A stretch of DNA of 63,984 nucleotides, filler included, from Lenisia limosa (GCA_001655205.1; 10 parts of 10 records of this genome joined end to end with filler, not necessarily neighbours in it); one strand, 5' to 3'. Shown: positions 48,801 through 60,944, counted from the first letter of the whole stretch. Translations and numbers: made by a program. Notes: generated by a model not told the origin, from the letters alone.

Positions 48801-51400
48801 CTAACCACTTTCCTTCCCCGAAACCAGGTAAACAAGCATTCATATTATGGTTGAATCTGAGAACTGAAAATAGAAGAGAAGTAGCATATATCTATCAAAC
48901 CTCTGAAGTACCTGTGCATTTGCTCAGGATTTGATATGGAAAAAAAAACGAGTAAATGCCTCCAGTTACCAGAAACTCTTATATATCCAGGCCAGCACTT
49001 TTTCACCTTCCAAACCCGTGACGTCATGGACTTTGTTGATTGGAGAGTCCTTCTGTACCAATGGAAGCTACTCGGAGGCGTGAGCTCCTTTCTTGATTTT
49101 TTTTTTATTTAATTTTTTAATTAAACTACCGTATTAGTATGACGTTTTTTACGGCTTCAATCTGACACTGTGTTACATATTATTTCCTCATGCTACATCC
49201 CACATATCTAACCGTCCCAGGCCAACAGCCTCACATACCCCGCAATTCTTAATGACCCACGAGCTGGGGTGGAAGCCAAAAAACTCATTTCGGATTCCAA
49301 GGTAGCTTAGTTCCTTTTTTGACCAATTCATCGAGTTATATAAACGTGGATATGTTAATCATGACATAGGGGTTTTTTTGTATTCGTAAAGATTACTAAC
49401 TATATTGATTTTTTGTTCAGAACTTCATTCAGAGGCACAAACATCTCTTTCCCATCAACGCAGCTTTCAGTGCTCTTCCAGTATCATCACATAACGAGGT
49501 GGATGGGGGGGGGGGGNNNNNNNNNNNNNNNNNNNNNNNNNNNNNNNNNNNNNNNNNNNNNNNNNNNNNNNNNNNNNNNNNNNNNNNNNNNNNNNNNNNN
49601 NNNNNNNNNNNNNNNNNNNNNNNNNNNATGACAAAATCCTCCGCAATATTGCATTTTATCACGTATTTCCTGATTTGCTGTTGAGTTAATTTTGTTGAAT
49701 TCGGTGGCAATTATGTTTTCCCTTATCTTACCATACAGACAATAAACATATTCCGCACCCCTGAGGACTTTTCTGAAAACAAGCCGTACACCAAATTGCT
49801 CTCCACCCGTGACCAGTCAAGTGGGAAGCTATACAGAGTTCCTTTGCTAATACTTGGGTGGTATAACGATTCTTTTCTTGAAAGACTGTTATTTGGAAGA
49901 ATCTTGCCCCTTCTTGGTTTTAACTTAACACAGGGGATAGAGAACCCCTTGCTGCTGCTGATTTTATCAACTCCTACGATCAAGGCATTGACTATGCGGG
50001 ATTTCTCCTTGTTTCCTGTGGAGGTGAGCTTTGTTTTGGGTGTTCTCTTCCAAACAGCTCCACCATCCACTTAAACAAGTCTTCAATATTGCAATCTTGA
50101 TTCATCCCAGTAGATCTCCAATATAATTACATGATGTTGTGATTCTTCCTTATTGTAGTTTATAGAAGCACAATCTCATCTTCCAGGCCCGGCATTAATG
50201 TCATTCATTGAGCGCAATGAAGAGGACAAATACTCGGTCATATTGGCAAAAGTTGGTTGGTTGTACAACGGAAATGAGTGTCTCCAAATATATAGCAATG
50301 AGAAATAAAAACAATAAGGTAGCATCTGGCCGAAGCCGTCNNNNNNNNNNNNNNNNAATCATTTGCCTTACAATTCTGTGCACACAGCTTTCTGCGTACC
50401 TCCCCAGCATACTTATTGGATATATTATATCATACTATGTTTAGTATTAGTAGTGAATGTATTGGTTTCTTCCAACACTTCATTTCATTTCTTTAAAAGA
50501 CTGTATTTCTGGATCATTTCTCTTTTAATTTCTAAAAGAGAAATTCGTTTATTATATTACTGTTCATTGACCAATCAGACGATTGCCACGCGGTTGGTGG
50601 AGGCAGCGACTGAGGTCATGCACTCGAGAATCAGGGCCAAACTCTGGACTTATGATGATGTGGGTGAAGGGTAGCTGTGAGGGAAGTTGATACTCTGGGT
50701 ATGATGATTTATGTTTAAAGTCATTTCAATTTGCCATCCTCCAACAGTGCAGACGAAGTACCACATTGAAGAGCTCCTTGACCACAGGTTTCAAGGGGTG
50801 CGGCTCGGCATCGGCTACCCCGCCATCCCTGACCACCGATATAAACACCTCTTGTTGGCTAAGGTGTTTGTGCAACTTGTTGTCTTTTCGTTATCTGTCA
50901 TTGGGTCAAGAATGATGACGAGATTGGAATATATGATAAAATATCGTGTAATTAGGACGTCAGTGGAGGAAGTTGTTTTCGGGAGTAACGGTCCCAGATT
51001 CGACATAGTTGGAGCAGCAACAACATCTTTCACCAAAATGACGGAAACAACGTCTATTATGCCGGCCGCCACCACGGCATGTCTTGTTTTGCCTTCAAAG
51101 GCTGCCAAGTGAGTGGCTTTTGTAGAAAAATGAGTCTTCAGGTTTTGTTTTCTTTTTTCTCGTCTCTTTAACTCTTTCTTTTTTTAAAAGTCTATTTTTT
51201 TGTGGGCAATACCCGGAACTGTGTTTAAAAATGCTTGAACAAACGACCTCCATGAAGAAAGGCTTCAAAACCGGCTGATGATTGTTTAGTAGACTAAAGT
51301 ACACTTAATACAAGTAGAAAGGATTTTTTTGGATCCACATCAGAAATAACTAACTCTAATTGTCACGCGATCACCACAGCGTTTATCTTTACACGGTGAG
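45837..51400 (+). CDS. metH: Cobalamin-dependent methionine synthase (5' partial: end of pterin domain, cap, B12-binding and activation domains)
   Basis: [96 protein letters not shown]. Last exon not resolved. Confidence 0.93.
47645..47697 (+). repeat. Family 3 short remnant at a MetH acceptor
   Basis: CCAATAGAGTTGATTTTTT...CACCCCCTCTCCAG|GTC. Confidence 0.55.
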
Positions 51401-51889
51401 GAGGTCTATGTTCAGCTGTGTAGTACAAATGGATACCGTAATAAAATGTTAGATGTTGGGTTCAGTGACTATAATTCCTCCAGTAACTGATCCATTTTGC
51501 GGATTTGGAATGGAGAATACGAATAATATCTGTCTGCTGCTCTTGACAGTCGGAATCCCATATACTTCATTACTCTATGACATTAGTAATGTTCCTTATC
51601 ATCTAATTTCTCATCTATGAATACTATCTACAAAATGAAAAGCAATCTGATATGTAAATAAAGAAAGAGAGGAGATGAAGAAACACAGAGATGGAGAGTA
51701 GAGGAGGTATCGGGGTTATAAATTGACCTGGTCTCACATATCAGCTATAAATAAAAATCACTTTCTATACTGACCAATAACAGATTAACTCTATTTCACA
51801 TAGAGCATCAGCAGATTAACTACAGATAGCACAATAGCACATAACTACATATAGCGAATACTAACTACAGATTACACATAACAACATAA

Positions 51890-54800
51890 CATCTCAAGCA
51901 GACAGATCTTTCAAGAATCTTCTTCGCAGAGGATATGTTTAAACTATAATGTCAGAAGTACAAAATGTAAAAAGCTACCAGACGGTATGTTATATATCAT
52001 ACGTCGAAGACAGAGCCCTTTTGGCCAAGTTATAACCCATATTTCTACCTTTAGACAATTGTCACGACATTTTTTTCGAGCGGGCATTGTAAGCGATGTA
52101 TTTGAGATTATCATCCTCATATTTGTTGACATATACATATGATATATCCAAGAAATGATACGACACGAATATTACCTATAATAAATGTGATGATCCTTTC
52201 ATATAATATACAATTTGACATAGGCCAAAGGGATGCCGTTGGGCATCAAGAAGTCGTCATGGCCTGGCCGGATGGAGTTGAGGAGGACGGGGTCGGCAGT
52301 GCAAGCCGAGTTGAGAGGTTCCTAGAGGCCTTGGTCTCAAACTTGATCTGAGTCTCAGTTACTGCCAGAAACAAGAGCGCCGATGGGGGGATGACGGTTT
52401 TCCAGACTTCAGTCGGTGCTTCTCAAAACAGTGGCAGGGTCTGGGAGACACGAATTAAAACAATGTGATGGTATCCATAATATAATAAAAAAAAAAATTG
52501 CAGCATCAAATAAAAGGATTAGAAAAACTAAGTAGCTGAAACAAAGGAAGTTATTCTTTGATGGTTTTATTTTTTTATTTTTACAGTTTTTTCTTTTGCG
52601 GACTCTTGTGAAATATAAATTGATTACTTCGATATAATAAGCTTTTACCCATTCCCACCTTTTTGACATCATAGATACCCCCTTGGCATGACAGTTGGGC
52701 CTGACCAGCTGACGTCATACGCTGAAAACAGGGGGGAATCTGAGGAGACCTCTCGACAGGCGTTACGCCTCGTTTTGGCCCAGAAGGGCTGATTTTGTGT
52801 TAGTATTGTTGTCTCATAGTTCCATTTCTTTGTTTCATGGTAATAAAAGTATTTACTTTTCAATATCTGAGAACAAATTTTTATGCAATTGATATTATCG
52901 AATCACCTGGTGCAATACAGCTATTCTCAGTGTTTCACCTTAAAGGGATTATATTTCTGCCTTTGAACCTATAATGAAGAGGAGTTTAACAGATTCGTCG
53001 TTGCTTCTCATCCGCAAAACTACCCTGAAAAAATCTCAAAAAACTATTATCAATCTTAAAAGGATGCTTACGACAATAAACCCTGAATTGCTAACAAACA
53101 TTGAACAAATAAACAAATAAACAAACAAACAAACAAACAAACATATACTAGGACTTCCACACAGTCAACATGCGTACACTGGAAGGTGAAAGGAGAGGGA
53201 GGAGATGGAATTTTTTTTTAAAAAAACAACCTAAAAACAAGATTTAGATAAAGGTTTTGTTATAACTCCTCCAATGAGATTCTAATTTCTAAAACCTCTC
53301 AACCACAGCCAACTTCGGGTAGTTATCAACAGGGATGCTATTGACTATGTGGGCAGTTCGCATCGCCGTTATTTCATCCACAAGCGTGCAGCCGGGAAGG
53401 CCGATTCGCTCATAGTGGCGGGCGTTAATGAACGCCGGCCCATGCTGGACTGATTAAGGGGGGTGGTGGTATGATGCACTTATATTGAGAAGCAGTGTTG
53501 GAGCGACCAATAAATGCCATATGGTGGCAATAAGCTCCTTAATATCGACTCATTTGAAGGTGTTTAAGAGCGAATACAAACAGTAAACGACCCACACCAT
53601 TGTGCAAAGATTTAGTTCTGGCATATCAAGGGGGGGGGGGGACCAGCACAANNNNNNNNNNNNNNNNNNNNNNNNNNNNNNNNNNNNNNNNNNNNNNNNN
53701 NNNNNNNNNNNNNNNNNNNNNNNNNNNNNGGACCCTCCAGCAGGCCCATTAGCCACACCAATCCGAAGGTTCACGGCTGGCCCGTCTGACGAGTCGTTCT
53801 ATAAGGTCAACAAGGTCAAAAGTAAGGCACTGGTTATTGGAATTCGTTGAAAGAGAATACTGTTTTGAGCAGAAAATAAATGAAACAAAATTACCACTTA
53901 TTCAACCTTTCTCTATTTGCCAATATTGAGAATCACAAGCAACCTGGATGGTGGAGTTGGCTGCGATAATATGAAGGGCTCTACTCAGCCGCACAGCCAG
54001 AACAGCAGTGTCAGACTTGGCATCCAAACCAGTCACTATGGTCCAACTGTCATCTGGAGATATCAGGACACTTGCTGTTTGGTTGTATTTTGGAGAGGCA
54101 GACCAGGAAATATGTTAAAGAAAACAACACAAAAGAGCTTCAAAAAGCCCTTTAAACTATTGGGTGTTCCACTATAAAAAGACAGGCTACAGCGAGGTTT
54201 TATGGTACAACGTCGTTTTGGTATCTAAGAAGTCCAACCGTTTTTTTTTTGACACTCCTTTCCCATTATGATGAGCCCCTCGTACTCTGTGTCGCGATAA
54301 TATCGGAATCGTGGGAATTGACTGCTTCCGCAAAGGCAGTACACAGGTGGTTCAGAACCTATACTGGTTAAATCCATATGATATCCTAGTTGTTACCTAA
54401 AAAAACCGGAAATGTTACTTGTGAAAAAGCAATAAATCAAGACAAACAATAATCTTCTTCAGCGTAGTATGGCAGAAGTATTCATATAATACCAGAATCA
54501 CAATAACCCAAAATTCAATCTCCAAATAACGAAAGCCAACTACCACAAACCTCATAAGAAACAACACAATGCCACATTGTTATCAACTGGTTGAAGTTCG
54601 CAATATCGGCCTGTCAGTTTTAAAAAACTTTCCTGAATCTCAGAGGAGTATTATATCATTATCATATCATAGAATAGTACATGACATCTGAGTTTATTTT
54701 GTGAAAAAGGGAAGCAAATCGCTATACTATCGTAGAAATGTAAGAGAATTGTGATCCGTCTGAAGCCATCCACACTATGACATCTCAAAGAACTACACCC

Positions 54801-56743
54801 GCATGCTAACCTGCAACACAAACACTGAGGGGTAGAGAGTGGTGGCTTTGTCGTTTTCGAGGAGAAATGGCAGGCCAATGTCCTTCGGGAAGAATGACGA
54901 CAGCGTCACTAGAAGAGAAGTTTACAGGAGAGGAAATGTTGAAAAAAAAACGAAACAACAGAACAAATTAAAAAATGTGGATCAACCAAGCAGAGTGATA
55001 GAGGAGGGAAGGTAGGAACTTGCCACTATTATATTCACAGTTTCTTCGGTCACAATAGCATTAGGTAAGAGGGAGAGTGGCGTGGATGTTTTTGATATTT
55101 TCATGGATTTATCCACGTCTTTCAACACTTAACATGTATTCTTGTACTATACTTCCCTCTTACCCAGCTCGGAGTGTCTCTGTGTTATCGATAAGTACGA
55201 GTAATAGAAGGACTTTCGAATGCGGTATTCTCCCTTATAGGACAATCGCAGCAAATTATCTGAACGGTGAGCTTCCCTTTGACTCAACAACCCAGAACAA
55301 CATCAATAATCTCTGGTTCATTCAGAAATCCCACAAAAGTTAAAGATTCAATGGTTGAAAAACCCTGACGTCTTGGTCCCACCTATTAGCACAGCCAACA
55401 GCACAGTGGACACTGCAACATGGTTGAACGGGACCTCGGAGATAACCAGGACGATGATGTGTTTCACGAAGATGAACGCGAGGGCCACAATACTAAAACG
55501 TGACAAGAGAGTTGTTCTGTTAAATTCAGAGTACAAAGCGTGACAAGAGAATTGTCCAGTTATACTCTTGGTTTACTTGGAGCCAACCAGCACCAAGACG
55601 CCACCTACACATTAACTGTGACAGTGCGATTGACGGCCACCAGGGTTATGGCTCCGATAAGAGTGACTAAAACGTAGTGGAAAGACGGGCTGTTGAGGTG
55701 AGTGACGAGTCAATCTATGCAGCAATCTATTTTAGAAAGTGTGTGGGTATAGGGGGTTTAAACAAAAAGCTCGTGTCATAGCCATCAAACGCTACAAAAG
55801 AAACATAAAGCGGATTATCAATACAATAAAGAAAAGCAAGCTTGGGTGTGTGTGTGTGTGGTGGGGGGTCAGCCAAGTTCAACGTCCCCAGCCTACTATT
55901 CGCCATTTTCATCTGAGGAAAGGTCGCCTGGAAGAGGTCCAGCAATAAGAACGGCAAAAGTGGTGAGGAAGAGAATGCCGCGGGCAGAACGTCTAAAACG
56001 TGAATAATGTAGAAAGGAGGTATCTGCTCGAAGCCGTCCGTGAAAAAAGAGTTCACGGCAAATGTTGGTAAATGGTCCTTAATACTGATAGATGGTCGTG
56101 CCACAAAGCCGCCAACTGGTTTGCTTCAGCAACAAGGGAAATGTAAATGCCCATCAACATAAAGAGAAGTCCAAGGAAATTGAGAGAGATTCGAAGCTAA
56201 ATCGTAAAATATAAAAAAATATGTTTTGTCAGTGGAATAGAATCTAGGGTCACTTTGGCTTGAAATAGACTTAGAATAAACGATGACAATGAGAGCAATA
56301 ACAGCCGACCAAAGGCTCCTTATAGAAGATTGACAGGCCAAGAACTGACATCAACAACAGCATAAGCCCGAAAGACGCAGTCTCTACTTTGTCCTAAGAA
56401 ATGATAAATGGAATGATGCCTACAATATCCGCCAAGCCTCTTGTTCCTTTACGCCGATAATTATCAAAGTATACTGTCTTTACCCCCCCCCCCNNNNNNN
56501 NNNNNNNNNNNNNNNNNNNNNNNNNNNNNNNNNNNNNNNNNNNNNNNNNNNNNNNNNNNNNNNNNNNNAAGACTACCCAAAAAAATCAGTATAAAGGTGA
56601 AAAAAGGAGAGTTAAAAGATAAGCCGATAACAATACGATATGAATTTGTAATTGTTGCACCCGTGGCGCACCCTGGCCTCCAACGCAAGCCCGACGAGGA
56701 AGGCGGTTTCAAAGGGGTTCTGTGACCCGCCAATTTCTCGTTC
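51890..56743 (-). CDS. Membrane-bound class III nucleotide cyclase-like protein (5' partial)
   Basis: Hydrophobic exons at 55350-56700, then TLSSFFPKDIG, ADIANFNQL, VLNHLCTAF, NDSWTIVTGL, NLRIGVANGP, HGPAFINARHYERIGLPG in canonical cyclase order. Confidence 0.75.
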
Positions 56744-56787
56744 NNNNNNNNNNNNNNNNNNNNNNNNNNNNNNNNNNNNNNNNNNNN

Positions 56788-56799
56788 TTAATTAATTAA
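56788..56799. other. Artificial scaffold linker
   Basis: TTAATTAATTAA within N run. Confidence 0.97.
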
Positions 56800-56843
56800 N
56801 NNNNNNNNNNNNNNNNNNNNNNNNNNNNNNNNNNNNNNNNNNN

Positions 56844-56939
56844 GGCTTTGTTTGTTTTGTTGTGTTCGTGTGTTGTCAGCCAACTTGATTTTGGGCTTTT
56901 TTTGTTGTTTCATAAATTTTCTTCATTTCACCCCTTCAG
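56844..56939 (+). repeat. Family 3 copy ending at acceptor
   Basis: GGCTTTGTTTG...GTGTGTTGTCAGCCAACTTGATTTTGGGCTTT...TTTCATAAATTTT...CCCCTTCAG|CGT. Confidence 0.85.
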
Positions 56940-59900
56940 CGTCTCCTTGACCACATTCTTGTCACCCCCCTCCGATCCACATACTGCCTTCAGAACTTCT
57001 GTGACCTTCTCAGTGAAATCATAAAGTACTCTCCAGAGGTGGAGGGGGGGGGGGGGCTANNNNNNNNNNNNNNNNNNNNNNNNNNNNNNNNGCTAGCAAC
57101 ACACAAGGGTTCTCCGGAGATGTGGGGTGGCGGGTACGGCAGAGAACTCATAAAGTGAGAGAAGATAAACCCTTAAAAGGAAGAGGAGAAGAAGGAAGAT
57201 AAGAAAGGTTGGAATATTGAAAGATGAGTCAAGGCGAGAGGGATAAAATACTCTCTGGAGGGAAGGTCGTATGAGTGATAGGACCAGGACTTCCCTTCTG
57301 TCCGGAAAACTGAATTTCTCGATCCTCGTTAAATATCAATATTTAAATTTTTACATCGCATGCAAATCTTTGATGCTTTCAGAACCTGCGGATTTTCGAA
57401 GAACAAATCACCATCTTCGGACAAGAGAAGTTTTACAGGTTTGTTAAATTGACTCTACCATGCTCGATTCTCAAACTGATTCAAATTGTAACCACAATAG
57501 TTTTATTATTTTATTGTATTTTTCTTAGCAATACCACCACCACCACTCCTCACCGTCCTCAGTACTCTCCTTGCCAACATTGCCTCCACCAACGTACTTC
57601 TCCGCACCCTTTACATCAACTACTCCACCTTCCAGAACATTTCCAGCCCCAAAGCCAAGAAAATGGGTATGCGAGGAGGTTGGGCATAATGATTGTGAAG
57701 TGATTTGAGAACATTTAAACTGTTTGTATTTTTGTCATTTCTTTTAATGACATTTCCAGCTTTCACCCGGGGCGTTATCCTGTCTAACTCAGTCATGACT
57801 TCGGTGATACCCCCAGGTATGTATTGTTCAACAATTGAAAATCCTGTATTATTGTCATATGATACGTACAGTGACCTGGATAAGTCTTGAACGATTTGCT
57901 AAGTAATTTCCCAAGGAAAATCGGTCAAGACTTATCCCGGTCACTGTAGTAATGGAAGAGGGATCTGAGGGAACAATCAGGATACCTTCATATATCTCGA
58001 CATTTGTAGAAATAGTATCATGGTATAATGTGATAATAACTTTCTCTTCCGTTTTAAGAAAGATGTCATGCTAATGTCCGTTAATACTTGGTTATCATTT
58101 GTGTAAAGTGGCGTGAATCACGTTCAATATGACGCACAAAACAGAATCACGTGCTCTGGACATCCCATATTCTCTTGAGAACCTTCACCATCCAGACCAT
58201 CACTACACCCCGAAAGCCAAGAGATTGACACCCATTTCGCCTGATACAAGCCCTCTACCGGTTTGTGTCTTATTCTGGGACTCCTTGTAATTAGAGCTTC
58301 ACTTCGGTTCGAAAGAGGATCTATAGAGAAATTCAGTCTTTTTTTCAAGCAGAAGTGAAGACTTTTAAAGAAATGAAGAGACGTACACACTTAATATCAT
58401 GTATGTGTATATATACTATATGTATCATACATATGATATGATTATCACCTTTCCAGGCTATTCCCCCCGTTGTCTCCTGCAACTGCGGAGAGTACCACTT
58501 CCCTGACGAAGCGTCCTTACCAGGTTGGGGGGGGGGGGGGNNNNNNNNNNNNNNNNNNNNNNNNNNNNNNNNNNNNNNNNNNNNNNNNNNNNNNNNNNNN
58601 NNNNNNNNNNNNNNNNNNNNNNNNNNNNNNNNNNNATCCATTTCAATGACTACGTGCACTTTATTGAGATATTAATTGTTAATTGTGAAGAAAAATATAC
58701 ATCTGATACTGATAAGAATAGTTTATTGTATTGTTCAGAATCAATTTCTGACTCTTCAGTCAATTAATTTCCTCAAAATAATTAATCGTAGCGTTCTACT
58801 ATCTACACTTTTGTGAAAATTAAACGTCCTTGTATTTTCCTTTTAACATTCCAGTTCCTGCGGACTTGGCCGGAATTTCAGACGAAGAGTTGATGCAAAC
58901 AATGCCTCGCAAGCGAAAGGTCGTCCTGTCACAAGACGGATGGGAGCCGATTAAGGGCCCTGCGAAGTGGGTTGGGGTCTGGTGGTGTTTCCCTACGGTC
59001 TCAAAAAAGACTGAATTTCTCGACAAATCCTCGATAAATATCGATATTATACTGGTCTTTTTAGAAACGTAGGAAAGCACTAATTATGATGGTCTGAGGA
59101 TTATAATCTTGAGGATTATGATGCTGATGGTTACGATGGTCAAATCTATTTCGCAAAACACAAAGCATTCTCACAAACCGCCACCTTTGTCCCTTTTTTC
59201 ACTAGTTTTTTGCCAAAACAAAACACTGACTTCACACCCACAGGTACCACCCGCCCCCCACTCCCTTGGAACCCAACTCGCCGGGATTCCCTGTTTTCCC
59301 TCGCAATCTTGCTGCCTTCCTCACCGTCCATGAGGTGGGGGGAGGGGAATATGATATAGCTATATACATGTATTACATGTAAATATTGTATATATTCACA
59401 TCGGTTCGAAAAATAGGTACAATTTCGATGATTTTCGAAGATTTATCGAAAAATTATGTCCTTTTTTGAACCGAAGTGAAGTGATATAGTACGATATGTA
59501 TAATACACATCATATAGTATGATAATATACTCATGGATACATACTATTGATGTACGATGTACTTTATGTACTTTATGTACACATAATACCATCCACTGCC
59601 GCGATAAGTCCTGACACTGATATTGAGCTTTATCTTGGTCAAAAGGGTCAAATTTGGTAGAAAAACCCAAGCAGAGTACTATGAATATATCAATAGAATC
59701 TAGCAGAGTTGATAGTCTTTATTTCATAGTATAATGTACTATTATACTAGTATTAGTATATCAAATGATATGAATAGGAATTCCTGTGTAATTTGAACTG
59801 ACCACACGCAGACGGAAGTTTTGCGGCTATTGAGCGACGCCGTCACCGTCGAAACCGTCAACAATGATAGTGAGTGGGCTGCAGCAATGGCAGTGAGGGT

Positions 59901-60797
59901 TATTGATAATGGGGAGTGAGGGGGTTGACAGTATACAGTCACCGATGAAACCGTCAAATAGTAGGGGTGATGATGGTTTTAACCCTCGTGTTTCCCAAAT
60001 TGTGGCCAACAGAGTTGATTTTGGGCTTTTTTTATTATTATTTCATAAGTTTCCTTCTTGTCATCCCCCCCCCCCTCAGCCCAATGTCTGACAGCAGCCC
60101 TCGTGGAACTCTTCGCCATTATCATTGAGGAGGGTCGCGATGAAGTAGTCCTGAAAGTGGGGGGGTTGATGTTGGTTTTTGGGAACAATCAAATATCATT
60201 AAGTGATACAAAACAATACAATACATAGTGATGCGGGATATTGTACATTCGCTCACTATGACAACGTTCCCTTCTTAACCTTTTAGAAACTAGCCAGGGA
60301 ACTCACTCCGCCCCAGGCTGAGAATATGATTGATTTGATCCATGTATGGGGGGCTGAGAATATGATTGATTTGATAAAAGGGAGAGCATAATGATTCGGC
60401 TTTTAAATAGAGACAATACACTATCCTATATACTAAGCTTGCCTAAACCTCTCCAAATTACTTCAAGAACATGCTCTCCTTTTTTTTTGCTAACTAGTGT
60501 TCCCATCCATACTATTGTGAGGGCTCCGTGCAATTAATTAATTGGGGAACTTAATTGTCAAAATTAGAAACTAAAGTGTCTGAAATGCGGTTCTTGTTAC
60601 CATATGTCACACTTCAAATTTTGATTCAATTAACACGGAGTTATAATTATTTTGTATCCATAGTTTGTATTATTATTTAATACTGTCAAAATAGACTTCC
60701 TAAAAAGGCATTCATACTTTTGCAGCACTGTGCGTTGTATTACAAGCAGCGCAACCATGATCGCGTGGTTGCCTTCACGAACACCTCAACTTGCAAG
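56940..60797 (+). CDS. TRPC4AP (TRUSS)-like protein fragment
   Basis: RLLDHIL...LQNFCDLLSEIIKYS, TDSN.FTRGVILS, VTVETVNNDTQCLTAALV, ALYYKQRNHDRV resemble, in order, conserved TRPC4AP blocks (from memory; not searched). Confidence 0.65.
57869..57946. mobile_element. MITE family 4 (78 bp, near-perfect TIRs)
   Basis: TA|CAGTGACCTGGATAAGTCTTGAACGAT...ATCGGTCAAGACTTATCCCGGTCACTG|TA. Confidence 0.9.
58294..58363. mobile_element. MITE family 1A, deleted derivative
   Basis: TA|GAGCTTCACTTCGGTTCG...GAAATTCAGTCTTTT...GAAGTGAAG. Confidence 0.78.
58985..59080. mobile_element. MITE family 1B
   Basis: TTTCCCTACGGTCTCAAAAAAGACTGAATTTCTCGAC...AACGTAGGAAAGCAC|TA. Confidence 0.85.
59391..59484. mobile_element. 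MITE family 1A, degenerate
   Basis: TTCACATCGGTTCGAAAA...TTTTTGAACCGAAGTGAA. Confidence 0.8.
59965..60079 (+). repeat. Family 3 copy ending at acceptor
   Basis: AACCCTCGTG...GCCAACAGAGTTGATTTTGGGCTTT...TTTCATAAG...CCCCCCTCAG|CCC. Confidence 0.88.
60521..60643. mobile_element. MITE family 2 (opposite orientation)
   Basis: GGGCTCCGTGCAATTAATT...AAAGTGTCTGAAATG...ATATGTCACACTTC...AACACGGAG. Confidence 0.82.
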
Positions 60798-60944
60798 GTG
60801 AGGGAGGTTGATGGGAGGAGTCAATCTTTGGGTGATACTTGAATATTCACACAAACATCTTTCTTATGTCCCATATCATCATAACCTTGAACATTAACCA
60901 CTAAGCTTCACATTTACCCTCCTCCCCTCTCTCTCTCACTCCCA

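Noticed and set aside
18096-51400. Functional clustering of SAM-related genes (ELP3, MetH)
   Set aside because: They are on different scaffolds joined artificially.
53105-53142. (AAAC)n microsatellite, and TA/CA runs near 2434, 7500 and 46445
   Set aside because: Ordinary simple repeats in introns or intergenic DNA.
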